20,000 nt of DNA from an uncultured virus (IMG/VR IMGVR_UViG_3300050821_002105) (Duplodnaviria; Heunggongvirae; Uroviricota; Caudoviricetes): the IMG/VR virus record IMGVR_UViG_3300050821_002105; one strand, written 5' to 3'. Both the position numbers and the translations under genes were made by a program. The notes below the pieces were generated by a model, which worked only from the letters and a program-made list of their open reading frames with translations, was not told the origin of the DNA and did no database searches. Of this stretch, positions 15,736 to 20,000 are shown one piece after another (the stretch's first letter is position 1; every line of letters begins with the position of its first letter).

Positions 15736-16374
15736 ATGCCTGACATCAAAGTAGTACACGATGGCGTAGCACCTGAGCCTTTTCATGGATCGGGTACCGT
15801 AGAAGCCCCAGAGGAAGCAGTTGCTCCAGAGGTTGCCCCTACCGCCCCAGACAACAAGCCAGCGAGGATCACTCCGCGTCTTGCTCTTGCAGCACAGCGC
15901 CAAGAGATTCTTAGCACGCTGCACCTTGACCTAAAGGTGCCACGCTGGTCCGACCCTGAGATCTATGTGCGCTACCGTCCTATTGAGGCCGGTCAAGTAG
16001 AGAAGTCCATGAGACGCCGTGCGGCTGGTGCAGAAGATCAGCAAAACGATGCTTCTCTTTTGTTCCATGCCGACGTGCTTATCAGTGCGTGTCTCGGAGT
16101 CTTCGCTGTTTTGGACGGCGATCTGAAGAAGAAGTACAGCCTAGGACTTGGCGATGATGGGCTTCCATCTGACTGGCCTTCTGACGATCCTGCTGACTGG
16201 ACGCGCTTTGACCGCGATCTTGCTGAAGCTCTTGGACTTGAAGAGTGGAAGTGGGGACAAGCGACAAACATTGTTCGCGCTCTTTACCTGACGGACGGCG
16301 ATCTGATTGATGCCTCTACCGAATTGTCTGCCTGGAGCACCAGGAAGAACGAAACGGCGGCAGAGGATTTTTAA
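15736..16374 (+). CDS. Tail assembly chaperone (G-like)
   Basis: GGAGGA RBS; lies between tube and tape measure; ends in the slippery sequence G GAT TTT TAA. Confidence 0.82.
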   Translation: MPDIKVVHDGVAPEPFHGSGTVEAPEEAVAPEVAPTAPDNKPARITPRLALAAQRQEILSTLHLDLKVPRWSDPEIYVRYRPIEAGQVEKSMRRRAAGAEDQQNDASLLFHADVLISACLGVFAVLDGDLKKKYSLGLGDDGLPSDWPSDDPADWTRFDRDLAEALGLEEWKWGQATNIVRALYLTDGDLIDASTELSAWSTRKNETAAEDF

Positions 16375-16577
16375 AAGCCCTAGAGGATGACCCGTTCATC
16401 GACTTAGCTGCGCGGATCCTCTTTCTAGGGGGCAACTATGATGCGATGCTAGATGCAGATATCGAAACTGATTTGCTCATCCATCGCAAAATAGCATCAA
16501 GGGCATTTGAAATGCACTTAGAAGAGTTTAAACAAGAACTGGAAATCGCTGCCGGGAGGTCACTACTCGGTCTATAA
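16371..16577 (+). CDS. -1 frameshift extension of the tail chaperone (68 aa, LKALEDDPFIDLAARILFLGG...GRSLLGL; GT-like fusion ~280 aa)
   Basis: An open -1 frame starts at the slippery site 16365-16371 and has no start codon of its own at its beginning. Confidence 0.8.
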   Translation, partial: LKALEDDPFIDLAARILFLGGNYDAMLDADIETDLLIHRKIASRAFEMHLEEFKQELEIAAGRSLLGL

Positions 16578-16652
16578 ATCTAAGGGATGACCATCGTATG
16601 AAATTTTCCAGCGTAGACCAGCTTTTCTACGACGGTCTTCAGTTCTTTAAGG

Positions 16653-16685
16653 GAGCCGTCGCTTTTAGGAGCGGCGGCTTTTCCT
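16653..16685 (+). terminator. Terminator/attenuator-like hairpin upstream of the tape measure gene
   Basis: Stem GAGCCGTCGCT (16653-16663) / AGCGGCGGCTT (16670-16680) followed by TTCCT. Confidence 0.6.
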
Positions 16686-16699
16686 ATCTGGTGGCATAA

Positions 16700-19630
16700 G
16701 TGGCATCCGAAGAGATCGGCGCTAGGCTTGTCCTAGACCCAGGCACCTTCCTTGCAACCATCAAGGAAGCCAACACCGCATTAGACGACCTGAAGAAGAA
16801 CCTTGGCGAAGTCGGCCTAGCAATGGACAAGGTAGAGGCGTCCGCTGCAAAGATGGGCGAGTCTACGGCTGCCGCTGGCGCTGAGTCTACCGCCGCCGCT
16901 GGCAAGTCCGAAGAGGCTGCCATTGTTGCCGGGGATGCTGGTGTTGTGGCTGCCGGTCAACACAAGACAGCGCTGGACAAGGTTAAGGCATCGACAACCG
17001 CTGCTGATGATGCTACTAAAAGTTTCAGTGGCACCTTAGAGAAGCTTGCTTCTGGTCCTGTAGCAAAGTTTGGCAAGTGGGGCATCGTTGGTGCTCTTGG
17101 TATCGGTGGCGAGTCCATAGACCAGTATATGAAATACCAGAAGTCAATGACGCAGCTTGTCACTCAGGCTGGCCTGGCTTCTAGTCGCCTACCCGCTATT
17201 ATGCAGGGTGGACTGAACATCGGCAAGTCTACCGGACTGGACTTCAACGATATTGCTAATCAGTTATACCGTATTGTCTCGGCTACCTCTGGTCTGAAGG
17301 AAACCAACAAGCAAATTCTCGCTCTTGGACAAAGCGCTGCTGACATCGCTGTTCTTTTCCGTGTGGCTCCGGGTGCCCCAACTGAACAGGTTGCTCGTTT
17401 GTTTGGAGCGTTGACCAACGTGGGGCGTAGTGGCAACCTTCAGGGCGTGCCGACTACCGCTGCCGGTCAAGCCGCATTGCTGAACGCCACTGTAGGTACG
17501 GGTGACATTCGTGGGCAAGACCTGGTGGGTGCCCTTGGTCGTGGTGTGCTACAGGCCGGTGAGGTTGTTCACGCCCAGCTTCCTGATATTCTCTCCTGGC
17601 TTGACTTGAGTACCCGATTGGGTTCACAGCCATCGACTTCCGGTACTCTGATCGCTCACGCTATCCAGATGATGACAGGATCAACCGAGCAATCCAAGCA
17701 CGTTATGGAAATGATCGGCCTGTCACCTTCACAGATGCAACAGGCAATAGCTGGTCCTGGTGGTATTGCATCTGCAACTGCCCTGCTGACGCAGCACATG
17801 AAGACGTTTAATCCTGAAAGCTACTATCCTGTCTTCAGTGGTAACGCCGCTGGTGCGCCCTCCGCTGCGGCCCAGCTTGCCGCTTGGGGTATTCTAACTC
17901 CAACCCAGCAGCAGCAATGGGCATCAGGCCAGAACCCAACGCTTAGTATGCAGGCTAACGGTCAGCCGTTTACTCTTCAGGACTATGTACAATCTCAGCT
18001 AACCGCTAAGATGTTCGGTGGTGCTCGTCAAGAAGTTCCATATGCCAGTCTTAGTCAAAACCTTCCGTTGTTCCAAGCTATTGAAGCACAGATATTAGCT
18101 CAGTCAAACTCTGGAACGTATAACAAGGATCTATCTACGGCTCTTGGTACTCCATCTCAACAGATGGATATCGCGATGCGTAACTTGCAGGCATATAGCA
18201 TAGAGTTGGGCAAGGATCTTACTCCTGCGTTGCTGAAGTTTGTTCACGGTATCGTAGATGCAGCTAAGTGGCTGTCTGGCAATCGCGCTGTACTAGATGC
18301 CATTGGCGCAACATTGGCTGCGTTTGTCGGGCTTGGTGCTGCTGTATATGTTGGTGGTAAAGTTGCTTCAGTTATTACTGGACTAACTAATTTCTTCAAG
18401 GGTTTAAATGCTCTCAATCCATTTAGTAGCGGGTCGAAGACGACTGGCTTGGCAGGTAACACTGGCGCCCTAGAAACCAACACTGGCGCCATTACTCGTC
18501 TGACCGAAGTAATGACAGTGGCAGACGGAGAGGGCGGTCGCGGTCTAACCGGAAGGTCGATTCCACTAGGAGCGGGGCCTTCAACTTCTGGAAAGACCAT
18601 TGCCGTTGATTCTGCTGGCAATGCTTTCGTCCAAGACGTAGAGAAGAATCCACTAACGGCAATGGGGGCAGCGCGGCTTAGTCTTACCGAAGCTGGCGCT
18701 ACCATAGGTGCCGGAATCCTAACTTATGTGCAGACCAAGAGGTCGTTTACAGGCCAGGCTCCATATAACCCACTACACATTCCTGCTGATCCGTTGGTGA
18801 CTTTACATAACAAGACTGCTTCTCCAGGCGGTATACTAGACCAAATTCTTCATCCTTCAAGGTGGCTGGATGCTTTTGGTCTTGGTGGCGGTTCCACTCC
18901 AGCCCCTGCCGTATCGTCAAATCAACACGCCCTGAATCGTGCTGTAGCACTGAACAACACTTCTACAGGGCAGGCAGCACAACAAAAGTTTATGGAAAAC
19001 GAACTAGCACGCCTAAACACAACAGGTGTATATATGGGTACTGGTTCGACGGCTTATAAGAATCAACTTCAGTTGTTCTATGCTAACGCGCAGAAACTAT
19101 TTGGTACTAGCGGAATAGCTTTTCCAGCGGGTACCCTTCCTGCCGGTGGGTCGGCTGCTGTTCTTCAGAAGTGGCTTACAGCAAGAGAGACTCCGCAGCA
19201 GAACAAAGCCAACACGGCAGCCCTCTATGCTACGCTGACCGCTAATGCCGCAGCCGCTAAATTGAAGAAGGCCGAGACAACTGGCGGGGGTCTAGATAAG
19301 ACCGAGTGGCGTATTAACCGTCTAGAGTTTGACGTTAAGAGGTACGAGAAACTTGGTCTTTCGAGTGACCAAATCAACGCCACCAAAGACCAACTAAAAG
19401 GCGAGCAAGAGCACCTGGACAAACTCCATAATGATCTATCAAAGGTTAGCAAAACTACTGATACTCAGGAAGCTAAGAACGCCCTGAAACTAGCTATCGA
19501 CTCTAATGGTAGTACAACAAATGGCTTACTGCAACAAATCCTAACGGCCCTACGGACAACAGGTGTTCCAACCACCAGTCAGAGCGGCATGGTACCAAAC
19601 TCTACAGGGAACAACCCGGCCCGTGGCTAA
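16700..19630 (+). CDS. Tail tape measure protein
   Basis: 976 aa, Ala/Gly/Gln-rich and helical; N-terminal IGARLVLD; hydrophobic segment; follows the chaperone genes. Confidence 0.92.
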   Translation: MASEEIGARLVLDPGTFLATIKEANTALDDLKKNLGEVGLAMDKVEASAAKMGESTAAAGAESTAAAGKSEEAAIVAGDAGVVAAGQHKTALDKVKASTTAADDATKSFSGTLEKLASGPVAKFGKWGIVGALGIGGESIDQYMKYQKSMTQLVTQAGLASSRLPAIMQGGLNIGKSTGLDFNDIANQLYRIVSATSGLKETNKQILALGQSAADIAVLFRVAPGAPTEQVARLFGALTNVGRSGNLQGVPTTAAGQAALLNATVGTGDIRGQDLVGALGRGVLQAGEVVHAQLPDILSWLDLSTRLGSQPSTSGTLIAHAIQMMTGSTEQSKHVMEMIGLSPSQMQQAIAGPGGIASATALLTQHMKTFNPESYYPVFSGNAAGAPSAAAQLAAWGILTPTQQQQWASGQNPTLSMQANGQPFTLQDYVQSQLTAKMFGGARQEVPYASLSQNLPLFQAIEAQILAQSNSGTYNKDLSTALGTPSQQMDIAMRNLQAYSIELGKDLTPALLKFVHGIVDAAKWLSGNRAVLDAIGATLAAFVGLGAAVYVGGKVASVITGLTNFFKGLNALNPFSSGSKTTGLAGNTGALETNTGAITRLTEVMTVADGEGGRGLTGRSIPLGAGPSTSGKTIAVDSAGNAFVQDVEKNPLTAMGAARLSLTEAGATIGAGILTYVQTKRSFTGQAPYNPLHIPADPLVTLHNKTASPGGILDQILHPSRWLDAFGLGGGSTPAPAVSSNQHALNRAVALNNTSTGQAAQQKFMENELARLNTTGVYMGTGSTAYKNQLQLFYANAQKLFGTSGIAFPAGTLPAGGSAAVLQKWLTARETPQQNKANTAALYATLTANAAAAKLKKAETTGGGLDKTEWRINRLEFDVKRYEKLGLSSDQINATKDQLKGEQEHLDKLHNDLSKVSKTTDTQEAKNALKLAIDSNGSTTNGLLQQILTALRTTGVPTTSQSGMVPNSTGNNPARG

Positions 19631-20000
19631 TCCATCAGCACTCGTAACCCTTACGCCAATCAGTAGCACCAATGGAGCGCCGACAGGCAGCGGCATAACG
19701 TTCGGACTTCTTGGAGACGCTGACTATACCCCAGCTAGTGGTGGACAGGGCGGTTGGCAGATTATAGATCGTCCACGTCAGGTTGCTGCTACTCAGTGGT
19801 ACGACAGATCTCCTATGTCGCTTAAGATGGATCTGATGATTTCGTCTGAGATTATCTACGGCATTGGGGGACAGTCCATAGAGTTAATATGTCTGATCGT
19901 GGATGGCTGGCAGGATAAGCTTCCGGGTACGAATCAGCCTCCAATCTTTGCTGTGGCTGGACCAATCCCTGGTATCCAACATCAATGGTGTCTTTACACA
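19623..20000 (+). CDS. Post-tape-measure tail/baseplate protein, possibly tube initiator (partial; runs off the window)
   Basis: GTG 19623 overlaps the TMP end; open for 126 codons (MANPSALVTLTP...GGWQIIDRPRQVAATQWYDRSPMSLKMDL...). Confidence 0.75.
   Translation, partial: MANPSALVTLTPISSTNGAPTGSGITFGLLGDADYTPASGGQGGWQIIDRPRQVAATQWYDRSPMSLKMDLMISSEIIYGIGGQSIELICLIVDGWQDKLPGTNQPPIFAVAGPIPGIQHQWCLYT

Noticed and set aside
16858..16905. Short tandem repeat ESTAAAG x2 in TMP (also NTGA x2 near 18458-18490)
   Set aside because: Ordinary low-complexity repeats of tape measure proteins.
1..20000. CRISPR array, alternative genetic code, or extracellular contractile injection system
   Set aside because: No repeat-spacer array; all three stop codons end genes normally; terminase, portal and capsid genes show a true phage.

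Overview
This window is part of a tailed-phage genome with a contractile (myovirus-type) tail. The host is probably actinobacterial or otherwise Gram-positive-like, which is an inference from a GAAC-N4-GTTC box, CCA-less tRNA genes and a protease accessory domain. Positions 1-910 are a non-coding control and RNA cluster. On the minus strand it holds tRNA-Trp(CCA), tRNA-Tyr(GUA) and a ~250-nt highly paired candidate ncRNA, driven by four near-consensus leftward promoters. A divergent rightward promoter is followed by a LexA-like box. From 918 to the end runs a plus-strand virion operon: several small ORFs, intein-containing terminase large subunit, portal, a very basic protein, MuF-like protein, protease-scaffold fusion, major capsid protein, head-tail joining proteins, sheath, tube, frameshifting tail chaperone, tape measure, and a truncated post-TMP gene. 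The most striking observation is that a 20-nt apical segment of the candidate ncRNA (164-183) is complementary to almost the whole 19-nt loop of a strong hairpin just after the capsid gene (11192-11212). That loop can alternatively pair 10 bp with the next gene's ribosome-binding site, and related sites lie upstream of the capsid and tape-measure genes. This suggests a phage ncRNA acting in trans as a switch on late-gene expression. All protein calls come from motifs and synteny read by eye; no database searches were run.
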